This document shows, piece after piece, positions 1 through 12,569 of a stretch of DNA of 64,000 nt (the first letter of the stretch is position 1; every line of letters begins with the position of its first letter). The stretch lies in assembly GCF_009914755.1 (NCBI RefSeq), contig NC_060933.1; one strand, written 5' to 3'. Below the pieces are notes generated by a model. The model did not search any database, had not been told where the DNA came from, and worked only from the letters and a program-made list of their open reading frames with translations. The DNA comes from the human T2T-CHM13v2.0 reference genome, Homo sapiens. Position numbers and translations under genes: made by a program.

Positions 1-1743
1 GGAATGGAATGGAATGGAATGCAATGGAATGGAATGGAATGGAATGGAATAAACCCGAGTGCAATGGAATGGAGTGGAATGGAATGGAATGGAATGGAAC
101 AACCCGAATGGAATGGAATGTAATGGAGAGTAAGGGAGTTGAATAGAGTCAATCGGAATGTAATGGAATGGAATGGAACGGAATGGAATTGAATGGAATG
201 GAATGGAATGCAATGGAATGGAATCAACCCGAGTGCAATGGAATGGAGAGGAATGGAATGGAATGGAATGGAAACTACCCGAATGGAATGGAAAGTAATG
301 GACTGTAAGGGAATTGAATAGAATCAATCCGAATGTAATGGAATGGAATGGAACGGAATGGAATGCAATGGAATGGAATGGAATGCAATGGAATGGAATC
401 AACCCGAGTGCAATCGAATGGAATCGAATGCAATGGAATACAATGGAATGGATTCAACTTGAATGGAATGGAAAGAATGGAATCAACACGAGTGGAAGGG
501 CATGTATTGGAATGCAATGGAATGGAATCAACCCGAGTACAGGGGAATGGAATGGAATGGAATGCAATGGAATGGAATCATCCGTAATGGAATGGAAAGG
601 AATGGAATGGAATGGAATGGAATGGAATGGAATGGAATCAACACGATTGCAATCGAATGGAATGGAATGGAATTAACCCGAATAGTATGGAATGGAATGG
701 AATGAAACGTAATGGAATGGAATGGAATGGAATGGAATGGAATGGAACGGAACAGAAAGGAATGGAATGGAATGGAATGGAATGGAATGGAATGGAATAA
801 ACGCGAGTGCAGGGGAATGGCATGGAATGGAATGCAATGGAATGGAATCTCCCTGAATGGAATGGAATGGAATGGAATGAAATGCAATGGATTCAACTCG
901 ATTGCAATGGAATGGAATAGAATGGAAAGGAATGGAATGGAATGGGATTAACCCGAATAGAATGGAATGGAATGGAATGGAACGGAATGGAATGGAATGG
1001 AATGGAATGCCTTCAAACCGAATGGAATGGAAAGGAATGGAATCAAAACGAGTGCAAAGGAATGGAATGGAAAGGAATGGAATGGAATGGAATGGTACGG
1101 AATAGAACGGAATGGAACGAACTGGAATGGAATGGAATGGAATGGAATGGAATGGAATGGAATGGAATCGTTCCGAGTGGAATAGGAGGGAATGTATTCG
1201 AGTGGAATGGAAAGGAATGGAATCAACCAGAGTGGAATGGAAGGGAATGGAATGGAATGGAAACTAATAGAATGGAATCAACCCGAGTGGAATGGAATGG
1301 AAAGGACTGGAATGGAATGGAATGGAATGGAATGGAATGGAATCAACTCGATTGTAATGGAATGGAATGGAATGGAATGGAATGGAATTAACCCGAATAC
1401 AATGGAATGGAATGGAATGGAACGGAATGGAGTGGAATGGAATGGAATCAACCCGAGTGCAGGAGAATGGAATGGAATGGAATGCAATGGAATGGAATCA
1501 TCCGGAATGGAATGGAATGGAATGGAATCAACACGATTGCAATCGAATGGAATGGAATGGAATTAACCCGAATAGAATGGAATGGAATGGATTGGAACGG
1601 AACGGAATGGAATGGAATGGAATGGAATGGAATGGAATGGAACGGAACCGAACGGAATGGAATGGAATGGAATGGAATGGAATGGAATGGAATGGAATCA
1701 ACGCGAGTGCAGGGGAATGGCATGGAACGGAATGCAATGGAAT

Positions 1744-1758
1744 GGAATCTTCCGGAAT
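1744..1758 (+). promoter_or_regulatory. Perfect 3-unit heat-shock element motif (representative; also 4730, 6507)
   Basis: gGAAtcTTCcgGAAt matches nGAAnnTTCnnGAAn exactly. HSF1 binding to satellite III in nuclear stress bodies is established. Occupancy of this particular site is inferred. Confidence 0.55.
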
Positions 1759-4729
1759 GGAATGGAATGGAATGGAATGGAATGGAATGAAATGCAATGG
1801 ATTCAACTCGATTGCAATGGAATGGATTAGAATGGAATGGAATGGAATGGAATGGGATTAACCCGAATAGAATGGAATGGAATGGAATGGAACGGAATGT
1901 AACGGAATGGAATGGAATGGAATGGAATGGAATGGAATGGAATGGAATGGTATGGAATGGAATGGAATGGTACGGAATAGAATGGAATGGAACGAATTGT
2001 AATGGAATGGAATTGAATGGAATGGAATGGAATGGAATGGAATCAATGCGAGTGAAGGGGAATGTAATGGAACGGAATGCAATGGAATGGAATCATCCGG
2101 AATGGAATGGAATGGAATGGAATGGAATGGAATCAACCCGAGTGCAATGGAATGGAATGGAATGGAATGGAATGGAATGGAACAACCCGAAGGCAATGGA
2201 ATGTAATGGAGAGTAAGGGAGTTGAATAGAATCAATCCGAATGTAATGGAATGGAATGCAACGGAATGGAATGGAATGGAATGGAATGGAATGGAATGGA
2301 ATGCAAAGGAATGGAATCAACCCGAGTGGAATGGCATGGAATGGAATGCAATGGATTGGAATGGAATGGAATCAACTCGAGTGGAAAGGAATGGAATAGA
2401 ATGGAAAGGAATGGAATGAAGTCAACTCGAGTGGAATGAAATGGAATGGAATGGAATCAATCATGGAAGGGAATGTAATGGAGTGGAAGAAGGGAATGGA
2501 ATCAACCCGAGTGGAATGCAAGGCAATGGAAAGGAATGGAAAGGAATGGAATGGAATCAACTCGATTGCAATGGAATGGAATGGAATGGAATGGAATGGA
2601 ATGGAATGGAATGGAATGGAATGCCTTCAAACCGAATGGAATGGAAAGGAATGGAATCAACACGAGTGCAATGGAATGGAATGGAAAGGAATGGAAAGGA
2701 ATGGAATGGTACGGAATAGAACGGAATGGAACGAACTGGAATGGAATGGAATGGAATGGAATGGAATGGAATGGAATGGAATCGTTTCGAGTGGAATAGG
2801 AGGGAATGTATTCTAGTGGAATGGAAAGGAATGGAATCAACACGAGTGGAATGGAAGGGAATGGAATGGAATGGAAACTAACAGAATGGAATCAACCCGA
2901 GTGGAATGGAATGGAAAGGACTGGAATGGAATGGAATGGAATGGAATGGAATGGAATCAACTCGATTGTAATGGAATGGAATGGAATGGGATGGAATGGA
3001 ATGGAATTAACCCGAATACAATGGAATGGAATGGAATGGAACGGAATGGAGTGGAATGGAATGGAATCAACCCGAGTGCAGGGGAATGGAATGGAATGGA
3101 ATGCAATGGAATGGAATCATCCGGAATGGAATGGAATGGAATGGAATGCAAAGCAATGGAATCAACTCGATTGCAATGGAATGGAATGGAATGGAAAGGA
3201 ATACATTGGAATCAACCCGAGTGGAATGGAATGGAAAGGAATGGAATGGAGTGGAATGGAATGGAATGGAATGGAATGGAATTAACCCGAATAGAATGGA
3301 AAGGAATGGAATGGAACGGAACGGAACGGAACGGAACGGAATGGAATGGAATGGAATGGAATGGAATGGAATGGAATGGAATCAACCCGACTGCAGGGGA
3401 ATGGAATGGAATGGAATGCAATGGAATGGATTCAACTTGAATGGAATGGAAAGAATGGAATCAACACGAGTGGAATGGCATGGATTGGAATGGAATGGAA
3501 TGGAATCAACCCTAGTACAGGGGAATGGAATGGAATGTAATGCAATGGAATGGAATCATCCGTAATGGAATTTAAAGGAATGGAATGGAATGGAATGGAA
3601 TGGAATGGAATGGAATGGAATCAACTCGATTGCAATCGAATGGAATGGAATGGAATTAACCCGAATGGAATGGAATGGAATGGAATGGAAGGGAACGGAA
3701 CGGAACGGAATGGAATGGAATGGAATGGAATGGAATGGAATGGAATGGAACGGAAAGGAATGGAATGGAATGGAATGGAATGGAATGGAATGGAATGGAA
3801 TCAACGCGAGTGCAGGGGAATGGAATGGAATGGAATGCAATGGAATGGGATCTTCTGGAATGGAATGGAATGGAATGGAATGGAATGGAATGGAATGGAA
3901 TGAAATGGAATAAACCCGAGTGCAATGGAATGGAGTGGAATGGAATGGAATGGAATGGAACAACCCGAATGGAATGGAATGGAATGGAGAGTAAGGGAGT
4001 TGAATAGAATCAATCCGAATGTAATGGAATGGAATGGAACGGAATGGAATTGAATGGAATGGAATGGAATGCAATGGAATGGAATCAACCCGAGTGCAAT
4101 GGAATGGAGAAGAATGGAATGGAATGGAATGGAAACTACCCGAATGGAATGCAATGTAATGGAGTGTAAGGGAATTGAATAGAATCAATCCGAATGTAAT
4201 GGAATGGAATGGAACGGAATGGAATGGAATGGAATGGAATGGAATGGAATGCAATGGAATGGAATCAACCCGAGTGCAATCGAATGGAATCGAATGGAAT
4301 GGAATGCAATGGAATGGATTCAACTTGAATGGAATGGAAAGAATGGAATCAACACGAGTGGAAGGGCATGGATTGGAATGCAATGGAATGGAATCAACCC
4401 GAGTACAGGGGAATGGAATGGAATGGAATGCAATGGAATGGAATCATCCGTAATGGAATGGAAAGGAATGGAATGGAATGGAATGGAATGGAATGGAATG
4501 GAATGGAATGGAATGGAATCAACACGATTGCAATCCAATGGAATGGAATGGAATTAACCCGAATAGAATGGAATGGAATGGAACGGAACGGAACGGAATG
4601 TAATGGAATGGAATGGAATGGAATGGAACGGAACGGAACGGAATGGAATGGAATGGAATGGAATGGAATGGAATGGAATGGAATCAACGCGAGGGCAGGG
4701 GAATGGAATGGAATGGAATGCAATGGAAT

Positions 4730-5905
4730 GGAATCTTCCGGAATGGAATGGAATGGAATGAAATGCAATGGATTCAACTCGATTGCAATGGAATGAAATA
4801 GAATGGGATGGAATGGAATGAAATGGAATTAACCCGAATAGAATGGAATGGAATGGAATGGAACGGAATGGAACGGAATGGAATGGAATGGAATGGAATG
4901 GAATGGAATGGAATGGTATGGAATGGAATGGAATCGTATGGAATAGAATGGAATGGAACGAATTGTAATGGAATGGAATTGAATGGAATGGAATGGAATG
5001 GAATGGAATCAACGCGAGTGCAGGGGAATGTAATGGAATGGAATGCAATGGAATGGAATCATCCGGAATGGAATGGAATGCAATGGAATGGAATGGAATC
5101 AACCCGAGTGCAATGGAATGGAGTGGAATGGAATGGAATGGAATGGAACAACCCGAACGGAATGGAATGTAATGGAGAGTAAGGGAGTTGAATAGAATCA
5201 ATCCGAATGTAATGGAATGGAATGCAACGGAATGGAATGGAATGGAAAGGAATGGAATGCAAAGGAATGGAATCAACCCGAGTGGAATGGCATGGAATGG
5301 AATGCAATGGATTGCAATGGAATGGAATCAACTCGAGTGGAAAGGAATGGAATGGAATGGAAAGGAATGGAATGAAGTCAACTCGAGTGGAATGGAATGG
5401 AATGGAACGGATTGGAATGGATTGCAATGGAATGAAATGGAATGGAATGGAATGGAATTAATCATTCCGAGTGGAATGGAAGGGAATGTAATGGAGTGGA
5501 AAGAAGGGAATGGAATCAACCCGAGTGGAATGCAAGGCAATGGAATGGAATGGAAAGGAATGGAATGGAATCAACTCGATTGCAATGGAATGGAATGGAA
5601 TGGAATGGAATGGAATGGAATGGAATGGAATGGAATTAACCGGAATAGAATGGAATGGAATGGAATGGAACGGAATGGAAAGAACACGAGTGCAGGGGAA
5701 TGGAATGGAATGGAATGTAATGGAATGGAATCATCCGGAATGGAATGGAATGGAATGGAATCAACTCCATTGCAATGGAATGGAATGGAATGGAATGGAA
5801 TAGAATGGAATGGAATTAACCCGAATAGAATGGAATGCAATAGAATGGAATGCAACGGAACCGAGTGGAGTGGAATGGAATGGAATGGAATCAACCCGAG
5901 TACAG
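4730..5905 (+). repeat. Segment whose inverted paralog lies at ~12570-13785
   Basis: Rare variants occur in mirrored order. AATTAACCGGAATAG (~5634) pairs with CTATTCCGGTTAATT (~12847). CAACTCCATTGC (~5762) pairs with GCAATGGAGTTG (~12702). AAAGAAGGGAATGG (~5501) pairs with CCATTCCCTTCTTT (~12982). Confidence 0.75.
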
Positions 5906-7540
5906 GGGAATGGAATGGAATGGAATGCAATGGAATGGAGTCATCCGTAATGGAATGGAAAGGAATGGAATGGAATGGAATGGAATGGAATGGAATGGAA
6001 TGGAATGGAATCAACTCGATGGCAATCGAATGGAATGGAATGGAATTAACCCGAATAGAATGGAATGGAATGGAATGTAACGGAACGGAATGGAATGGAA
6101 TGGAATGGAATGGAATGGAATGGAATGGAACGGAATGGAATGGAATGGAATGGAATGGAATGCCTTCAAACCGAATGGAATGGAAAGGAATGGAATCAAC
6201 ACGAGTGGAAAGGAATGGAATGGAAAGGAATGGAATGGAATGGAATGGTACGGAATAGAACGGAATGGAACGAACTGGAATGGAATGGAATGGAATGGAA
6301 TCAACACGATTGCAATCGAATGGAATGGAATGGAATTAACCCGAATAGAATGGAAAGGAATGGAATGGAACGGAACGGAATGGAATGGAATGGAATGGAA
6401 CGGAATGGAACGGAACGGAATGGAATGGAATGGAATGGAATGGAATGGAATGGAATGGAATCAACGCGAGTGCAGGGGATTGGAATGTAATGGAATGCAA
6501 TGGAATGGAATCTTCCGGAATGGAATGGAATGGAATGGAATGGAATGAAATGCAATGGATTCAACTCGATTGCAATGGAATGGAATAGAATGGAATGGAA
6601 TGGAATGGAATGGGATTAACCCGAATAGAATGGAATGGAATGGAATGGAACGGAATGGAACGGAATGGAATGGAATGGAATGGAATGGAATGGAATGGAA
6701 TGGTATGGAATGGAATGGAATGGTACGGAATAGAATGGAATGGAACGAATTGTAATGGAATGGAATTGAATGGAATGGAATGGAATGGAATGGAATGGAA
6801 TCAACGCGAGTGCAGGGGAATGTAATGGAACGGAATGCAATGGAATGGAATCATCCGGAATGGAATGGAATGGAATGGAATGGAATGGAATCAACCCGAG
6901 TGCAATGGAATGGAGTGGAATGGAATGGAATGGAACAACCCGAATGGAATGGAATGTAATGGAGAGTAAGGGAGTTGAATAGAATCAATCCGAATGTAAT
7001 GGAATGGAATGCAACGGAATGGAATGGAATGGAATGGAATGGAATGGAATGGAATGCAAAGGAATGGAATCAACCCGAGTGGAATGGCATGGAATGGAAT
7101 GCAATGGATTGGAATGGAATGGAATCAACTCGAGTGGAAAGGAATGGAATGGAATGGAAAGGAATGGAATGAAGTCAACTCGAGTGGAATGGAATGGAAT
7201 GGAATGGATTGGAATGGATTGCAATGGAATGAAATGGAATGGAATGGAATGGAATCAATCATGGAAGGGAATGTAATGGAGTGGAAAGAAGGGAATGGAA
7301 TCAACCCGAGTGGAATGCAAGGCAATGGAATGGAATGGAAAGGAATGGAATGGAATCAACTCGATTTCAATGGAATGGAATGGAATGGAATGGAATGGAA
7401 TGGAATTAATCGGAATAGAATGGAATGGAATGGAATGGAATGGAATGGAAGGGAATGGAATCAACACGAGTGCAGGGGAATGGAATGGAATGGAATGCAA
7501 TGGAATGGAATAATCCGGAATGGAATGGAATGGAATGGAA

Positions 7541-7625
7541 TGGAATGGAATGGAATCAACTCGATTGCAATCGAATGGAATGGAATGGAATCAACTCGAT
7601 TGCAATCGAATGGAATGGAATGGAA
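7541..7625 (+). repeat. Local 35-bp tandem duplication of the CAACTCGATTGCAATCGAA module
   Basis: CAACTCGATTGCAATCGAATGG starts at 7557 and again at 7592. Confidence 0.8.
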
Positions 7626-10600
7626 TTAACCCAAATAGAATGGAATGGAATGGAATGGAATGGAACGGAACGGAATGGAATCGAATGGAATGGAATGGAA
7701 CGGACCGGAACGGAATGGAATGGAATTGAATGGAATGGAATGGAATGGAATGGAATCAACCCGAGTGCAATACAATGGAGTGGAATGGAATGGAATGGAA
7801 TGGAACAACACGAATGGAATGGAATGTAATGGAGAGTAAGGGAGTTGAATAGAATCAACCCGAATGTAGTGGAATGGAATGGAACGGAATGGAATGGAAT
7901 GGAATGCAATGGAATGGAATCAACCCGAGTACAATGGAATGGAATGGAATGGTATGGAATGGAATGGAATGGAATGGAATCAACCCGAGTGCAATGGAAT
8001 GGAGAGGAATGGCATGGAATGGAATGGAAACTACCCGAATGGAAAGGAATGTAATGGAGTGTAAGGGAATTGAATAGAATCAATCCGAATGTAATGGAAT
8101 GGAATGGAACGGAATGGAATGGAATGGAATGGAATGGAATGGAATGCAATGGAATGGAATCAACCCGAGTGCAATCGAATGGAATCGAATGGAATGGAAT
8201 GCAATGGAATGGATTCAACTTGAATGGAATGGAAAGAATGGAATCAACACGAGTGGAATGGCATGGATTGGAATAGAATGGAATGGAATCAACCCGAGTA
8301 CAGGGGAATGGAATGGAATGGAATGTAATGGAATGGAATCATCCGTAATGGAATGGAAAGGAATGGAATGGAATGGAATGGAATGGAATGGAATGGAATG
8401 GAATGGTATGGAATGGAATGGAATGGAATGGAATCAACGCGAGTGCAGGGGAATGTAATGGAACGGAATGCAATGGAATGGAATCATCCGGAATGGAATG
8501 GAATGGAATGGAATGGAATGGAAACAACCCGAGTGCAATGGAATGCAGTGGAATGGAATGGAATGGAATGGAACAACCCGAATGGAATGGAATGTAATGG
8601 AGAGTAACGGAGTTGAATAGAATCAATCCGAATGTAATGGAATGGAATGGAACGGAATGGAATGGAATGGAATGCAATGGAATGGAATCAACCAGAGTAC
8701 AATGGAATGGAATGGAATGGAATGGAATGTAATGGAATGGAATGGAATGTAATGTAATGGAATGGAATGGAATGGCGTGGAATTGCATGGAATGGAATGG
8801 CTTCAAACCGAATGGAATGGAAAAGAATGGAATCAACACGAGTGAAATGGAATGGAAAGGAATGGAATGGAATGCTATGGAATGGAATGGAATGGTACGG
8901 AATAGAATGGAATGGAACGAATTGGAATGGATTGGAATCGAATGGAATGGAATGGAATGGAATGGAATCAACGCGATTGCAGGGGAATGTAATAGAATGG
9001 AATGCAATGGAATGGAATCATCCGGAATGGAATGGAATGGAATGGAATGGAATGGAATGCAATGGAATGGAATCAACCCGAGTGCAATGGAATGGAGTGG
9101 AATGGAATGGAATGGAATGGAAGAACCCGAATGGAATGGAATGTAATGGAGAGTAAGGGAGTTAAAAAGAATCAATCCGAATGTAATGGAATGGAATGGA
9201 ACGGAATGGAATGGAACGGAATGGAATGGAATGGAATGGAATGGAATCAACCCGAGTGCAATCGAATGGAATCGAATGGAATGGAATGCAATGGAATGGA
9301 TTCAACTTGAATGGAATGGAAAGAATGGAATCAACACGAGTGGAATGGCATGGATTGGAATGGAATGGAATGGAATCAACCCGAGTACAGGGGAATGGAA
9401 TGGAATGGAATGCAATGGAATGGAATCATCCGTAATGGAATGGAAAGGAATGGAATGGAATTGAATGGGATGGAATGGCTTCAAACCGAATGGAATGGAA
9501 AGGAATGGAATCAACACGAGTGGAATGGAATGGAATGGAATGGAATGGAATGGTATGGAATAGAATGGAATGGAACGAAATGGAATGGAATAGAATGGAA
9601 TGGAATGGAATGGAATTGTTCCGAGGGAATAGGAGGGAATGTATTCGAGTGGAATGGAAAGGAATGGAATCAACCAGAGTGGAATGGAAGGGAATGGAAT
9701 GGAATGGAAACTAATAGAATGGAATCAACCCGAGTGGAATGGAATGGAAAGGAATGGAATGGAATGGAATGGAATGGAATGGAATGGAATGGAATGGAAT
9801 GGAATGGAATCAACTCGATTGTAATGGAATGAAATGGAATGGAATGGAATGGAATGGAATGCAATGGAATTAACCCGAATACAATGGAATGGAATGCAAT
9901 GGAACGGAATGGAGTGGAATGGAATGGAATCAACCCGAGTGCAGGGGAATGGAATGGAATGGAATGTAATGGAATGGAATCATCCGGAATGGAATGGAAT
10001 GGAATGGAATGCAATGCAATGGAATCAACTCGATTGCAATGGAATGGAATGGAAAGGAATAGAATGGAATCAACCCGAGTGGAATGGAATGGAAAGGACT
10101 GGAATGGAGTGGAATGGAATGCAATGGAATGGAATTAAATCGATTGGAATGGAATGGAAAGGAATGGAATGGAATTAACCCGAATAGAATGGAATGGAAT
10201 GGAATGGAACGGAATGGAATGGAATGGAAAGGAATGGAATGGAATGGAAAGGTATCATACCGACTGCAGGGGAATGGAATGGTATGGAATGAAATGGAAT
10301 GGAATGGAATGGAGTGGAAAGGAATCAAACCGACTGCAGGGGAATGGAATGGAATGGAATGCAATGGAATGGAATCATCCGGAACGGAATGGAATGGAAT
10401 GGAATGGATTCAACTCGATTGCAATGGAATGGAAAGGAATGGATTGGAATGGAATGGAATGGAATGGAATGGAATGGAATTCACCCGAATAGAATGGAAT
10501 GGAATGGAATGGAAAGGAATGGAAGGGAAGGGAATGGAACGTAATCAACCCGAGTGCTGGGGAATGGAATGGAATGGAATGCAATGGAATGGAATCATCC

Positions 10601-11177
10601 GGAATGGAATGGAATGGAATGGAATGGAATGGAATGGAATGGAATGGAATGGAATGCAATGGAATGGAATCAACCCGAGTACAATGGAATGGAATGGAAT
10701 GGAATGGAATGGAATGGAATGGAATGGAATGGAATGCCTTCAAACTGAATGCAATGGAAAGGAATGTAATCAACACGAGTGGAATGGAATGGAATGGAAT
10801 GGAATGGAATGGAATGGAATGGTACGGAATAGAATGGAATGGAACGAAATGGAATGGAATGGAATGGAATGGAATGGAATGGAATGGAATGGAATCGTTC
10901 CGAGTGGAATAGGAGGGAATGTATTCGAGTGAAATGGAAAGGGATGGAATCAACCAGAGTGGAATGGAAGGGAATGGAATGGAATGGAAACTAATAGAAT
11001 GGAATCAACCCGAGTGGAATGGAATGGAAAGGACTGGAATGGAATGGAATGGAATGGAATGGAATGGAATCAACTCCATTGTAATGGAATGGAATGGAAT
11101 GGAAAGGAATGGAATGGAATGCAATGGAATTAACCCGAATACAATGAAAAGGAATGGAATGGAACGGAATGCAAAGC

Positions 11178-11205
11178 AATGGAATCAACTCGGGTTGATT
11201 CCATT
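11178..11205. other. Inversion (strand-switch) junction with 28-bp quasi-palindrome
   Basis: Seen: AATGGAATCAACTC|GGGTTGATTCCATT, two 14-bp arms with one mismatch. The shared ACTCG at 11188-11192 belongs both to the left module (CAACTCGATTGC) and to the right module (CCACTCGGGTTG). Confidence 0.95.
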
Positions 11206-12569
11206 CCCTTCTTTCCATTCCATTCCATTCCATTCCATTCCATTCCGTTCCATTCCATTCCATTCCATTACATTCTATTCCCCTGCACTCGCGTTGATTC
11301 CATTCCATTCCATTCCATTCCATTCCATTCCATTCCATTCCTTTCTGTTCCATTCCATTCCATTCCATTCCATTCCGTTCCGTTCCGTTCCATTCCATTC
11401 CAGTCCATTCTATTCGGGTTAATTCCATTCCATTCCATTCGATTGCAATCGAGTTGATTCCATTCCATTCCATTCCATTCCATTCCATTCCATTCCATTC
11501 CTTTCCTTTCCATTACGGATGATTCCATTCCATTGCATTCCATTCCATTCCATTCCCCTGTACTCGGGTTGATTCCATTCCATTCCATTCCAATCCATGC
11601 CATTCCACTCGTGTTGATTCCATTCTTTCCATTCCATTCAAGTTGAATCCATTCCATTGCATTCCATTCCATTCGATTCCATTCGATTGCACTCAGGTTG
11701 ATTCCATTCCATTGCATTCCATTCCATCCCATTTCATTCCATTCCATTCCTTTCCATTCCATTCCATTCCATTCCATTCGATTGCAATCGAGTTTATTCC
11801 ATTCCATTCCTTTCCATTCCATTCCATTGCCCTGCATTCCACTCGGGATGATTCCATTCCCTTCTTTCCACTCCATTACATTCCCTTCCATTCCACTTGG
11901 AATGATTGATTCCATTCCATTCCATTCCATTTCATTCCATTGCAATCCATTCCAATCCATTCCATTATATTCCATTCCACTCGAGTTGATTTCATTCCAT
12001 TCCTTTCCATTCCATTCCATTCCTTTCCACTCGAGTTGATTCCATTCCATTCCATTCCTTTGCATTCCATTCCATGCCATTCCACTCGGGTTGATTCCAT
12101 TAAGTTCCATTCCATTTAATTCCATTCCATTCCATTCCATTCCATTCCAATCCGTTCCATTCCATTCCATTCTATTCCACTGCAATCGACTTGATTCCAT
12201 TCCATTCCATTCCATTCCATTCCATTTTGTTCCAATCCATTCTATTTCGAACTATTCCATTCCATTCCATTCCATTCCATTGCATTCCATTCCATGCCAT
12301 TCCACTCCGGTTGATTCCATTCCATTCCATTCCATTCGATTCCATTCCATTCCATTCCATTCCGTTCCATTCCATTTCATTACATTCAGATTGATTCTAT
12401 TCAATTCCCTAACACTCCATTATATTCCCATCCATTCTGGTTGTTTCCATTCCATTCCAATCCATTTCACTCCATTCCATTGCACTTGGTTTGATTCCGT
12501 TCCATTCCATTCCATTCCATTCCTTTCCGGATGATTCCATTCTATTGCATTCCATTCCATTCCATTCCC

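Larger units (their letters stand above)
1..11192 (+). repeat. Satellite III (HSat3) array, GGAAT orientation
   Basis: Seen: continuous (GGAAT)n with interspersed CAACCCGA(G/A)T decamers, the classical satellite III signature. GGAATGGAAT dominates over the HSat2-type GAATCGAATG. Confidence 0.97.

Noticed and set aside
415-430. HSat2-like CGAATGGAATCGAATG / CATTCGATTCCATTCGAT motif
   Set aside because: It is confined to one module. The bulk is CATTCCATTC with CAACCCGAGT decamers, which is HSat3. There is no HSat2 block.
538-548. G-quadruplex potential at CAGGGGAA modules
   Set aside because: The G3-4 tracts are isolated and far apart. There is no canonical four-tract motif.
1-11192. SCA31-type (TGGAA)n pathogenic insertion, or EWS-FLI1 GGAA microsatellite
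   Set aside because: The array is far too long and is modular, with no unique flanks. The unit is a pentamer rather than GGAA.
11100-11300. Mobile element or target-site duplication at the inversion
   Set aside because: There is no non-satellite sequence, poly(A) tail or TSD. Both sides are fully explained by satellite modules.
11179-11457. ORFs crossing the junction (MESTRVDSIPFF..., 10919-11422, 10991-11488) as possible chimeric genes
   Set aside because: They follow trivially from joining two stop-poor repeats. There is no promoter, splicing or coding evidence.
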